From an uncultured Chloroflexia bacterium (GTDB lineage Bacteria > Chloroflexota > Limnocylindria > Limnocylindrales > CSP1-4), in the NCBI GenBank assembly GCA_963748625.1, contig CAVVJT010000010.1, positions 544,001 through 608,000 of the forward strand: DNA of 64,000 nt. The letters run 5' to 3'. A program made the position numbers and the translations under genes. Each line of letters starts with the position of its first letter. Position 1 is the stretch's first letter. Under the pieces are notes generated by a model that was given only the letters and a program-made list of their open reading frames with translations, made no database searches and was not told the origin of the DNA. Shown one piece after another: positions 53,351 through 62,303 of this stretch.

Positions 53351-54684
53351 CCATCGCCGACATCGTCCGGGAGGCCGCCGAGCTGCCGGTGGCAGCGTCC
53401 GCCGACGAGTGCCTCAAGTGCAACGTGTGCAACACCGTGTGCCCGGTCATGCGGGTCACGGACAAGTTCCCGGGACCCAAGTACTCCGGACCCCAGGCCC
53501 AGCGCTTCCGCCTGGCGGGCTACCAGCAGATCCAGGGCCCGTACTCGGGCAATCCGCGCTCACCCGACGCGTCGGTGGACTACTGCTCCGGCTGCGGCTG
53601 GTGCACCACGTCCTGCCCGGCCGGCGTCAAGATCGCCGAGCTCAACAACCAGGCCCGCGGCCGGCTGCGGGAGGGCAAGATCCCGAAGCTGCGCGACTGG
53701 GGCCTGGGCCAGACCGACCTGGTCGGGTCGATGGGCGTCCTCTTCTCCCCCATCGCCAACTTCGCCTTCCACAACCGCGCAATCCGGGCGGCGTTCGAGA
53801 TTGTGCTCGGCGTCCACCGGAACGCCCCGTTCCCGCGCTTCGCGAAGCGGACGTACCAGTCGACCTGGAAGCGGCGGCAGGCGAAGGCGGCCGGCGGCCG
53901 GCAGCGGGTGGTCCCTGGCCCGGACAAGGCCGTCGTCTACTTCCACGGCTGCTCGGTGAACTACTACGAGCCGCACGTGGCCGAGGCGGCCATCTGGGTC
54001 CTGAAGCGCAACGGGTTCGAGACCATCATTCCCGAGCAGGTCTGTTGCGGCCTCCCGCTGATCAGCAACGGCCTGTACGACGACGCCCGGGAGCGCGCCT
54101 GCAAGAACAATAAGGTCTTCGCCGAGTACGCCCGCGCGGGCTACCGGATCGTTGGCACCTCCACCTCGTGCACGCACACCCTCAAGGCCGAGTACGAGGA
54201 GATGCTCGACATGCGGGACGAGGACACGAAGGCCGTCTCGCACGCCACGTGGGACATCTGCGAGTTCCTGCTCGACCTCCACGAGCAGGGCCGGCTGGAC
54301 ACGGCGTTCGGGCGCCTCGACGAGGACCTTCCGTACCACGCGCCATGCCAGCTTCGGAGCCACGGGATCGGCCTGCCGGCGCTCGACCTGTTCGCGCTGG
54401 TGCCCGGCCTGCGTGCCCGGGACATGGACCACGACTGCTGTGGGATCGCGGGCACGTACGGCATGAAGAAGGAGAAGTACCCGATCGCGATGAAGGTTGG
54501 CGAGCCGCTGTTCGCGAAGGTCAAGGCGACCGGCGCGACCGAGGCCGCGTGCGACTCCGAGACCTGCCGCTGGCAGATCCAGAGCGCCACGGGCGTGCGG
54601 ACCCGCCATCCGGTTGAGATCCTGGCTGAGGCCTATCGGGCGCTTGATCGCGCACGCGAGACGGGGCCCGCCGCCGAGGCGTAG
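53347..54684 (+). CDS. glpC: Anaerobic glycerol-3-phosphate dehydrogenase subunit C (Fe-S, CCG domains)
   Basis: CLKCNVCNTVCP, CSGCGWCTTSCP, YFHGC, CCG, HAPC, CCGIAGTYG. Confidence 0.92.
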   Translation: MTIADIVREAAELPVAASADECLKCNVCNTVCPVMRVTDKFPGPKYSGPQAQRFRLAGYQQIQGPYSGNPRSPDASVDYCSGCGWCTTSCPAGVKIAELNNQARGRLREGKIPKLRDWGLGQTDLVGSMGVLFSPIANFAFHNRAIRAAFEIVLGVHRNAPFPRFAKRTYQSTWKRRQAKAAGGRQRVVPGPDKAVVYFHGCSVNYYEPHVAEAAIWVLKRNGFETIIPEQVCCGLPLISNGLYDDARERACKNNKVFAEYARAGYRIVGTSTSCTHTLKAEYEEMLDMRDEDTKAVSHATWDICEFLLDLHEQGRLDTAFGRLDEDLPYHAPCQLRSHGIGLPALDLFALVPGLRARDMDHDCCGIAGTYGMKKEKYPIAMKVGEPLFAKVKATGATEAACDSETCRWQIQSATGVRTRHPVEILAEAYRALDRARETGPAAEA

Positions 54685-54795
54685 CTCCGACGGCACCAGG
54701 CTGCGCAGGGATCCGGGACCGCTGCTGGGGCAGCCCGGGCCGCTGCCCACGGTCCTGTATGGTCTCAGGCTGACAGGGGTGGTCACCGGCGCCTG

Positions 54796-55899
54796 GTGAG
54801 CCCCGCCCAGGCGAGGAGCGACGTGCCTCAGGCAGCACCCGACGAAACCCGGCAGGACGGTCCGCTGCCGCCGGTGCTGGTGGTGGGTCCGGGCGCGGTC
54901 GGCTCGTTCCTGGGGGCCACGCTCGCCGCCGCCGGACACGAGGTCACACTGCTCGGCCGCCGGCCGAAGGAGGGCGACCTGCCCGACCGCCTGCGACTCG
55001 AGGAGCCCGGGGGTCCGCGCGAGGTGGCCGTGCACCGCGCGAACGGCCCCGGCGACGTGATCGGCACTCCGGGCCTCGTGATCGTCGCCGTCAAGGCGTT
55101 CCACCTGCAGGAGGCGCTCATCACCGCCTCGGCCTGGCCCACGGCGCCGCTCATGACCGTCCAGAACGGCGCGGGGGCCGAGGAGCTGGCACGGGCGGCC
55201 CGGATGTCACCCATCCTCGCGGGCTCGCTCACGACAGCCGTTGAACCCATCCCCGGCGGCGTACGCAGGCTTCGCACCGGGGGCATGGGCGTGGCCGCAT
55301 GGGCCGGGGAGGGATCGGCGCGCGCCGGGACCCTGGCAGCCCGGCTCGCGGACTCGTGGACGCTGGGCGGCCTGCCGACCCGGGTCTACCCCGATGCGGC
55401 AGCGATGAAGTGGTCCAAGCTGCTCGCGAACCTGGTTGGCAACGCGACGGGCGCCATCCTGGACATGGACCCCGGGGCCATCTACGCGGACCGCCTCGGC
55501 TACCGCATCGAGCGGCGCCAGATCCACGAGGCGGTGGCGGTCATGCGGGTCCTTGGCCTGGCGCCGGTGTCGCTGCCGGGTGCGCACCTGGTGCTCCTCC
55601 TGCGTGGCCTCGCGCTGCCTGAGACCATCGGGCGCCCGATCGTCGCGAGAGCCGTCGCGGGCGCGCGGGGCGGCAAGTCCCCGTCGCTGCGGCTGCACGT
55701 GCGGGGCGGCGGCGGGCTCCCCACGGAGGCGCTCTGGCTCAACGGGGCGGTCGCCGAGGCAGGCGGCCGCGCGGATGTCCCGGCACCCGTGAACCGCGGG
55801 CTCGCCCTCCTCGTGGACGAGGTCGCGGCGGACCCGGGCCGCGCCGCGTGGTTCGCCGGGCGGCCGGACCGGCTGGCGGGAGCCGTGGGCCTCGGGTAG
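54796..55899 (+). CDS. Ketopantoate reductase (ApbA/PanE) family oxidoreductase
   Basis: VGPGAVG, AVKA, VQNG, KWSKLLAN, TEALWLNG, PVN. Confidence 0.75.
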   Translation: MSPAQARSDVPQAAPDETRQDGPLPPVLVVGPGAVGSFLGATLAAAGHEVTLLGRRPKEGDLPDRLRLEEPGGPREVAVHRANGPGDVIGTPGLVIVAVKAFHLQEALITASAWPTAPLMTVQNGAGAEELARAARMSPILAGSLTTAVEPIPGGVRRLRTGGMGVAAWAGEGSARAGTLAARLADSWTLGGLPTRVYPDAAAMKWSKLLANLVGNATGAILDMDPGAIYADRLGYRIERRQIHEAVAVMRVLGLAPVSLPGAHLVLLLRGLALPETIGRPIVARAVAGARGGKSPSLRLHVRGGGGLPTEALWLNGAVAEAGGRADVPAPVNRGLALLVDEVAADPGRAAWFAGRPDRLAGAVGLG

Positions 55900-55952
55900 G
55901 GCGCAACTCCCCTCCTCCTGCGACCACCGGCGGAACCTATACTCCCAGCCCT

Positions 55953-56764
55953 GTGGACATCCTCACGCTGATCCGGGACATCGCGCTCATCGTCGGCGCC
56001 TACCTGCTTGGCAGTGTCCCGTGGGGGGTTGTCGTCGCCAAGCTCGCCGGCGGCCCGGACCCGAGGACCATCGGGAGCGGGCGGACCGGTGGCGCCAACA
56101 CCATGCGCGCCCTCGGGCCGCGCCTCGCGCTCCTCTCCGGTCTCCTCGACATGTTCAAGGGCACGGTGGCAGTGCTCGTCGCACGGGCGTTCGGAGCCGG
56201 CGTCGAGGTCGAGGTGCTCGCCGGACTCGCGGTGATCATCGGCCACAGCCGTTCGATCTTCCTGGGATTCGGCGGGGGCCGCGGCGTCGCTCCTGCCTAC
56301 GGCGGGGTGCTGGCATTCCAGCCATGGATCGCCATGGCGATCCTGCCGGTCTTCATCGGCACCATCCTGATCACGCGCTACTCGTCGCTCGCCTCGCTCC
56401 TCGGCTCATTGACGGGCGGTGTGCTGATGGCGGCCACCGTGGCCACGCAGGGCCTGAGCCCATGGCTGTACATCTACGCCGTCGGCGGTGCGGGCCTGGT
56501 CTGGCTCTTCCACCTCGACAACATCGGACGCCTGCTGCGCGGCGAGGAGCGCAAGCTCAACTTCGGGCGGGCCAGAGCCGCGGCGGACGAGACGGACGAG
56601 GCACCGGACGAGCCGACCGACCGGGAGGCGCCGGAAGCGGACAAGGCGCCCGACCGGGACGAGCCGACCGACCGGGAGGCGCCGACCGACCGGGAGGCGC
56701 CGCCGACCGGGAGGCGCCGGACGGGCCGCCCGCAGCGGACGAGACGCCATCGCCGGAGGCCTGA
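55953..56764 (+). CDS. plsY: Glycerol-3-phosphate acyltransferase with acidic repetitive tail (probable frameshift near 56700)
   Basis: YLLGSVP, GSGRTGGAN, DMFKG, GH..SIF..FGGGRGVA, H..NIGRL. The in-frame ORF runs on through the opposite-strand HPr gene; the alternative-frame stop at 56764 is more plausible. Confidence 0.82.
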
Positions 56765-56770
56765 CCGGCG

Positions 56771-57055
56771 TCAGCCCTCGAGCTTCTCGCCGCAGCCGCC
56801 ATCCACGAAGGCGAGCATCCCTTCGAGCGCGGCGTCCTCGTCGGGACCCTCCGTCTCGATCCGGATCCGGTGGCCCGCCTTCGCCGCCGCCTTCATCACG
56901 GCGATCATCGACTTGGCATCGGCCGGGACTCCGTCCCCGTCGAGGTTCACGAGGCGCACGGCTGCCTTGAAGCCGGCGGCCGACCTGACGAACATCGCGG
57001 CCGGACGGGCATGGATCCCACTGGGGTTCTTCACGACGGTTTCGGCGGTACGCAT
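56771..57055 (-). CDS. ptsH: Phosphocarrier protein HPr
   Basis: GIHARPAA (active His), ADAKSMIAVM (regulatory Ser), EGPDE; 94 aa. Confidence 0.9.
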   Translation of the reverse strand: MRTAETVVKNPSGIHARPAAMFVRSAAGFKAAVRLVNLDGDGVPADAKSMIAVMKAAAKAGHRIRIETEGPDEDAALEGMLAFVDGGCGEKLEG

Positions 57056-57086
57056 ACCCTGAGCGTACCGGAGCACGCCAGGTCCC

Positions 57087-57374
57087 GTCAGCCTGCCGGG
57101 AGCACGTCGGGTCCACGCCAGGGCCTTCGCGGGGCGGCGACCCCGGTGGTGTTGACTACGAAGCACCGAATACCCGCATCGAGGGCTCACTCACGGCCGT
57201 TTGCGGGCAGCTGTTGCGTCCAAAGCCACTGACGCCCGCAAACGGGAGAACTGAGGCTCTCAGGGGGCGCGGATGCGGGGTTTCGTTGCGTTGGACACGC
57301 CGGGCCAATGGCGCCGCCGCGGGCCGGGTCAGCCTGTGGCGCCGCCGCGGGCCAGGTCAGCCTGCCGGGAGCAC
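57087..57374. repeat. Palindromic segment flanked by 19-bp direct repeats
   Basis: GTCAGCCTGCCGGGAGCAC at 57087 and 57356; internal IRs CCGTTTGCGGGC/GCCCGCAAACGG and CCCGCATC/GATGCGGG; 28-bp tandem duplication at 57309-57364. Confidence 0.75.
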
Positions 57375-58556
57375 CTCGGCAAGGACTCGGAGCACGTTCT
57401 CGCCCATCACTGCCCGGACGTCGTCCTCGGCCATGCCCGCCGCCAGCAGCGCGTCCGTGAGGTGCACCACGTCGGCCGCATCGAAGGGCACCCCGACCGA
57501 GCCGTCCCAGTCCGAGCCGAGCGCCACGTGGGCCGGCCCGATCACCGCCACCGCGTGCAGAATGGTCCGGGCGACGTGCGCGGCGGTCCGTCCGCCCACC
57601 ACCGAGTCCCAGAACCCGATCCCCACCAGGCCACCGGTCGCGGCGATGCCGCGCAACTGCGCGTCGGTGAGGTTGCGCGGCGAATCCACGAGCGAGCGGA
57701 GCCCGGTGTGCGACGCCACCACTGGGCGCGTCGCGACATCCAGGCAGTCATCCACCGTGGCAGGCGAGGCGTGGGCCACGTCGAGCACGACGCCGCGCGC
57801 CTCCATGCGCCGGATCATCTCGCGGCCCTTGGCCGTCAGGCCACCCTGCTCCATGCCATGCGCCGAGCCCCCGAACGGGGTGTCGAAGAAGTGGGCGGGC
57901 GAGATCATGCGGACGCCCATGCCGGCCACCACGTCCACGTTGACGGGATCGCCGTCGAGCGCGTGGGCGCCCTCGATCGAGAGCAGGCCAGCCGTGATCC
58001 GGGGATCACGCTCACGCAGGGCGAGGTACGCCTCCAGGCCGGGGGCGGAGGTCACGAGGCGGAACTGTCCAGCGGAACGCTCCTCCAGGCGCCGCGCCTG
58101 CCCGGTGAGGTACGCCACCCTGGGCAGCAGACGCCGCCAGGTCGCCGGTGGCCAGCGCTTCGCCAGCGCCAGCTTGATGACCTCGTCGGAGCGGTCGTCA
58201 TTGCGGTCGTAGTTGAGCGATGCGGGCGTCTTGACCGCCATCGAAAGCACCTGGAGCGCGACGCGGCCCTCGATGAGCCGCGGCACGTCCACGTGGCCGA
58301 CGGTCCCGCGCTGCGCCAGATCCCGCCCGAAGAGCAGCGAGTCCGCGTGCAGGTCCGCGACCCGGAGCGTGTCGTGGAGGGCGGCAGCGCGCTCCGAGAC
58401 CGGCGCGCCATCCTGTGGCCACACCAGGTTCATCCGGTCCTCGGTGCGCTCGACGAGCCGGTCGAGGGTGGGCCGGGCGACGGCCAGTGCTGCGACCGCC
58501 ACCCCGGCGGCTGCCGCCCCGGTCGCGATGGCGACCCTGCCAGCGGCCCCTCTCAT
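57357..58556 (-). CDS. Membrane dipeptidase (peptidase M19)
   Basis: DLHAD, GHVDVPRL, SIEGAH, DVAH, VASHTG..RNLTD, ALGSDWDG, GENVLR. Confidence 0.9.
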   Translation of the reverse strand: MRGAAGRVAIATGAAAAGVAVAALAVARPTLDRLVERTEDRMNLVWPQDGAPVSERAAALHDTLRVADLHADSLLFGRDLAQRGTVGHVDVPRLIEGRVALQVLSMAVKTPASLNYDRNDDRSDEVIKLALAKRWPPATWRRLLPRVAYLTGQARRLEERSAGQFRLVTSAPGLEAYLALRERDPRITAGLLSIEGAHALDGDPVNVDVVAGMGVRMISPAHFFDTPFGGSAHGMEQGGLTAKGREMIRRMEARGVVLDVAHASPATVDDCLDVATRPVVASHTGLRSLVDSPRNLTDAQLRGIAATGGLVGIGFWDSVVGGRTAAHVARTILHAVAVIGPAHVALGSDWDGSVGVPFDAADVVHLTDALLAAGMAEDDVRAVMGENVLRVLAEVLPAG

Positions 58557-58978
58557 GCGCCGAACGCCCGTCCGCGGGTTGGCGTGATCCGGATGACGAC
58601 GTTGTAGATCGCGTACATCTCCTCTGGGGAGTTGAAGGAGCTGCGGATCCAGGGCTCGTACTTGCGCAGGTAGCCCGGGTTGTCCGTGACCGCCGGACCG
58701 TCGGGGTCGAGCCTGGCCTCACCCTCCACGATCACCACGTCGCCGCCCTTGCCGTTGTCGTTGAGATGGAGCGAGATGCGGGGGTTGGCGGCGATGTTCG
58801 CGTTGCGCTTCGCGCGGTGGTCGCTGTAGATGGTGATCTCCCCGCCCTCCCACAGGAACCAGATCGGGAAGGTCTGCGGCTGGCCATCCGGGGTGACGGT
58901 GGCCAGCCAGCCGATCGGGTCCGCGGCGAGGCGCTCGAGCGCGTGGCGGTCGGCGTCGGAGCCGGACGTGAAGACCAT
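58553..58978 (-). CDS. PPOX-class (pyridoxamine 5'-phosphate oxidase-like, possibly F420-dependent) oxidoreductase
   Basis: WLATVTPDGQPQTFPIWF, KRNANIAANPRISL, VEGEA; GAGGAG RBS. Confidence 0.82.
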   Translation of the reverse strand: MVFTSGSDADRHALERLAADPIGWLATVTPDGQPQTFPIWFLWEGGEITIYSDHRAKRNANIAANPRISLHLNDNGKGGDVVIVEGEARLDPDGPAVTDNPGYLRKYEPWIRSSFNSPEEMYAIYNVVIRITPTRGRAFGA

Positions 58979-58988
58979 GACATCCTCC

Positions 58989-59774
58989 TCAGTGTGCAGA
59001 CGGCTGATGCGCCGGTCCGGACCGGACTTCGTCGAGGAATGCGAGGGAGCGCGGCTCGCGCTCCATCGCCACGCGCATGAACTCGCGCATGGCGGCCTCG
59101 ACCTCGCGCTCCGCCGCCTCGGTGACACGGAGTGCGGCGAGGGCCGCGATGTCCAGACGCTGGTAGGCCTTGAGCAGCTTGAGCGCGTCGAGCGACAGGC
59201 CGGCCCGGTCGGCGGGCGGCCCCGGACAGCGCCCGCAGATGACGCCGCCGAGGGGTGGCACCCACCGGTAGGCCTCCGTCGGCTCCAGCATGCGGTCGCA
59301 CTCCACGCAGCGGTCCACCTCGGGGCGCTGGCCCAGCTCGTCGGCCAGGTGCATCTCGTACCAGCGGGCGACACGTCCGGGGGCCATGCCGGCATCGAGC
59401 AGCTCGTAGGCACGCCGCAGCAGGTCGTAGAGCGGCTCAGCCTCATGGCGCTCCTCCAGGCTGCGATCCGCCAGCTCCGCGAGGTACCAGGCAGTGGCCG
59501 CGCTCTCCAGGCTGTCGCGGAGCCGGAGCCACGCGTGACCGACACGGACCTCGGTGACCACGTCGAACGTGCGGCCCCGGGCCAGGGCGACGTTCAGCTC
59601 AGCGAACGGCTCCAGGCTGCCGCCGAGGCGTGAGGAAGGCCGCCGGATGCCCTTGGCGATGGCCTTGAGCTTGCCGTGACCGGGGGTGATGAGAGTCAGG
59701 ACGCGATCGGCCTCGCCCAAGTCGAACCGGGACAGGACGATGGCATCGGTCACGTAGCGGCGCGGGGCGGGCAC
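58989..59774 (-). CDS. recO: DNA repair protein RecO
   Basis: LGEADRVLTLIT..GK..AIAKG.R, LEPF, CVEC..C..C zinc finger. Confidence 0.93.
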   Translation of the reverse strand: MPAPRRYVTDAIVLSRFDLGEADRVLTLITPGHGKLKAIAKGIRRPSSRLGGSLEPFAELNVALARGRTFDVVTEVRVGHAWLRLRDSLESAATAWYLAELADRSLEERHEAEPLYDLLRRAYELLDAGMAPGRVARWYEMHLADELGQRPEVDRCVECDRMLEPTEAYRWVPPLGGVICGRCPGPPADRAGLSLDALKLLKAYQRLDIAALAALRVTEAAEREVEAAMREFMRVAMEREPRSLAFLDEVRSGPAHQPSAH

Positions 59775-59852
59775 GGGGCGACGGTAGCACTCGGACGGCG
59801 GACCCGCCCACCGGTCCACCGGGGAGTTCGGGCCGGTCCGCGGCCACGGGGA

Positions 59853-60575
59853 TCAGCCGGGCAGCGACGCCTCCCGGGCGAGCCGCACCGCCTCGTCGAT
59901 GCCGCCGTCGAACGCGTCCCCGTGGCCCGGCAGCACGAGCCGTGCCCCGAGCCCCTCGAGCCGTGCGAGCGACGCACGCGCCTGCTCCTGGTCGGCGGTG
60001 AAGGGGGCGATCCGGGGCCCCCGGTCGCCGGTCGTGACGGCGAGCGTGCACATCGCGTCGCCCACGGCGAGAGCGTCGTGCCCGGCAAGATGCAGGGCCG
60101 CGCTGCCGGGCGTGTGGCCGGGAACCAGGATCACCCGCGGCGAGCCCGGCACATCGAGCGTCGCGCCGTCCCCAAAGGTCGAGACCTCGCCCAGGTGGGC
60201 GGTCCTCAGGCCGCCATGCCGCGCAGTCCACCACAGGAACCGCGCCATCGGGCCGAGCCGCATGGCACCGCCCTTCGCCGGGTTGGGCACCTCACCGCGG
60301 GCGAGCGCGGCATCCAACTCGTGCACGCTGATGGGCCAGTGCCGCTCGCGGCGAGCCCGCTCGGCGAAGCCGATATGGTCGCTGTGGCCGTGGGTCAGGA
60401 CGATCGCCCGGACGTCCTCGAGCGTCCGGCCCATTGCTGCAAGCTCCAGTTCGAGCGACGGCCACTGGCCCGCGATCCCGGCATCGACGATGGTGACCTC
60501 CCCACCCTCCTCCACGAGGTAGCAGTTGACGATGCCCTCCGCGCCGACACGGCGCAGTGACGGTGCGAGCTCCAT
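59853..60575 (-). CDS. MBL-fold metallo-hydrolase
   Basis: THGHSDHIG, PGHTPG, GD, PGHG. Confidence 0.9.
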   Translation of the reverse strand: MELAPSLRRVGAEGIVNCYLVEEGGEVTIVDAGIAGQWPSLELELAAMGRTLEDVRAIVLTHGHSDHIGFAERARRERHWPISVHELDAALARGEVPNPAKGGAMRLGPMARFLWWTARHGGLRTAHLGEVSTFGDGATLDVPGSPRVILVPGHTPGSAALHLAGHDALAVGDAMCTLAVTTGDRGPRIAPFTADQEQARASLARLEGLGARLVLPGHGDAFDGGIDEAVRLAREASLPG

Positions 60576-60955
60576 CAGTTCCTCCCGGTGGCTGCGCCGG
60601 TGCCGGCCACCGCCGCGCGGGCGGGGACGCAACGAGCGAGGAGAAGCGCCTGGTCGACCAGGACGATGGCGGCATAGGCGACGCCCAGTCCCGGCTGGCC
60701 GGCGGCCACGAGGGCCACGCCGGCCAAGACGAGGAGGCCCGTGCCCACAAGTTGGCGGTCGCGTTGCGGCAGCGGGTTGCGCGCCTTGGGGGCGACGACA
60801 ACGGCCCAGGTGACGACGAACGCCACGGGAGCACCCACCGCGGCAAGGAGCTGCACCCAGGGGTCGGCGAGCACGGTCGCGCCCGCGTAGGCCATGGCAG
60901 CGATGCCGGCGAGCTCGGCCAGGAAGCGGAGAGCAAGGAGGGGCAGGAGGGGCAT
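60575..60955 (-). CDS. YrdB/DUF2568-family membrane protein
   Basis: LALRFLAEL..W....APKA pattern; about four TM segments. Confidence 0.65.
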   Translation of the reverse strand: MPLLPLLALRFLAELAGIAAMAYAGATVLADPWVQLLAAVGAPVAFVVTWAVVVAPKARNPLPQRDRQLVGTGLLVLAGVALVAAGQPGLGVAYAAIVLVDQALLLARCVPARAAVAGTGAATGRN

Positions 60956-61006
60956 GGACGGGACTCCTTGCCACGGGGGTGGCGCTCGGATTAGGATGCG
61001 GTGTGT

Positions 61007-61045
61007 TGGCTACTGTAACTAGCCATCATCGCTACCGTCAATAGC
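61007..61045. promoter_or_regulatory. Tandem palindromic TetR operator candidates
   Basis: TGGCTA-N7-TAGCCA (61007-61025) and GCTA-N7-TAGC (61031-61045) in the divergent tetR/yrdB intergenic region. Confidence 0.6.
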
Positions 61046-61070
61046 CTTACCCCAGTCGACCGGAGGCACC

Positions 61071-61631
61071 GTGCCGACTCCGCCCCGTACCTCGCTCGAT
61101 GAGATCGTCCGCGCGGGCCGGTCGATCCTCGATGCCGAGGGCCTCGAAGCGCTCACCATGCAGCGGGTGGCGGTCGCGGTGGGCGTGCGCGCCCCGTCCC
61201 TCTACAAGCGGGTCCGCGACCGCGACGCCCTCGTGCGGCTGATCGCCGCCGACGTCTTCGACGACCTCGGCCTGTCGCTGGCCGACGCTGTCGGGATGGG
61301 CGATCCGCGTGCCGACCTGCGCGCACTCGCAACCGCCTTCCGGGGGTGGGCGAAGCGCCACCCTGGCGGGTTCGGACTGCTGTTCGCCCCCCTTCCAGAT
61401 GCGTGGCGCCTGGAACCCCCTGCGGGTGGCGCATCGCTTGACGCCCTGTTCGGCGTGGTCGCGAGGCTGGCCGACGACGACCATGTCCTCGACGCGTCGC
61501 GGCTGCTCGTCGCGTGGGCCAGCGGCTTCGTGTCCATGGAGCTGGCCGGCGCATTCCGGCTCGGCGGCGACGTGGACGAGGCGTTCGCCTACAGCGTGGA
61601 CCGTCTCACCGTCGCCCTCGAAGGGGCCTAG
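61071..61631 (+). CDS. TetR/AcrR family regulator (WHG-type C-terminus)
   Basis: GLEALTMQRVAVAVGVRAPSLYKR, WASGFVSMELAG. Confidence 0.9.
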   Translation: MPTPPRTSLDEIVRAGRSILDAEGLEALTMQRVAVAVGVRAPSLYKRVRDRDALVRLIAADVFDDLGLSLADAVGMGDPRADLRALATAFRGWAKRHPGGFGLLFAPLPDAWRLEPPAGGASLDALFGVVARLADDDHVLDASRLLVAWASGFVSMELAGAFRLGGDVDEAFAYSVDRLTVALEGA

Positions 61632-61757
61632 GATCCAGGCTCGTCCGCCAGCGGGCAGCGGCCAAGCCGAGAGGCCAGCTGGCCGACGCCCAGCCCGCCC
61701 GCAGGGGGCCGAACGCCCGTGTAAATCACCACGGCACTCCACGAGCATCAGCGTGGC

Positions 61758-62303
61758 ATGACGGTTGGCGTGGGTGAGGTCGAGCGGTCGGGCGCCACCC
61801 TGGTGGAGCGGATGGCCCATGGCGACGAGGCCGCCTTCGCCCAGGTCGTGGCGGCCCACCACGGCGCGATGGTCCGCGTGGCGTTCATCGTCACGGGTGA
61901 CCTCGACCTCGCCGACGACGCGGCCGCCGCGGCATGGACACTCGCGTGGCGACGCATCGACACCCTGCGCGAGCCCGACCGGCTCCGGTCGTGGCTGGTC
62001 TCCATCGCTGCCAACGAGGCCCGCGGGCTCGTCCGCAAGCGCGCCCGCCACCCCTTGCGCCAGATCGAGGTGGCCGACCAGCTCGCGTCCCCCGACAGCC
62101 CGGCCGACCGCGACGAGGATCTCGATCTCACGAACGCCCTGGCCCACCTGAGCGCCGACGATCGCGCGCTCCTTGCGCTGCGCTACGTCGCCGGATTCGA
62201 CTCCTTCGAGATCGCCCGTGCCACGGGCCGCTCGGCGTCCGGCACGCGCGCCCGCCTTGCACGCCTCCTGGCGCGCCTCCGAACGGAGCTCGGCGATGAC
62301 TGA
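61758..62303 (+). CDS. ECF RNA polymerase sigma-70 factor
   Basis: GDEAAF, LRSWLVSIAANE, R.LLALRY..G.DSFEIA..GR. Confidence 0.85.
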   Translation: MTVGVGEVERSGATLVERMAHGDEAAFAQVVAAHHGAMVRVAFIVTGDLDLADDAAAAAWTLAWRRIDTLREPDRLRSWLVSIAANEARGLVRKRARHPLRQIEVADQLASPDSPADRDEDLDLTNALAHLSADDRALLALRYVAGFDSFEIARATGRSASGTRARLARLLARLRTELGDD

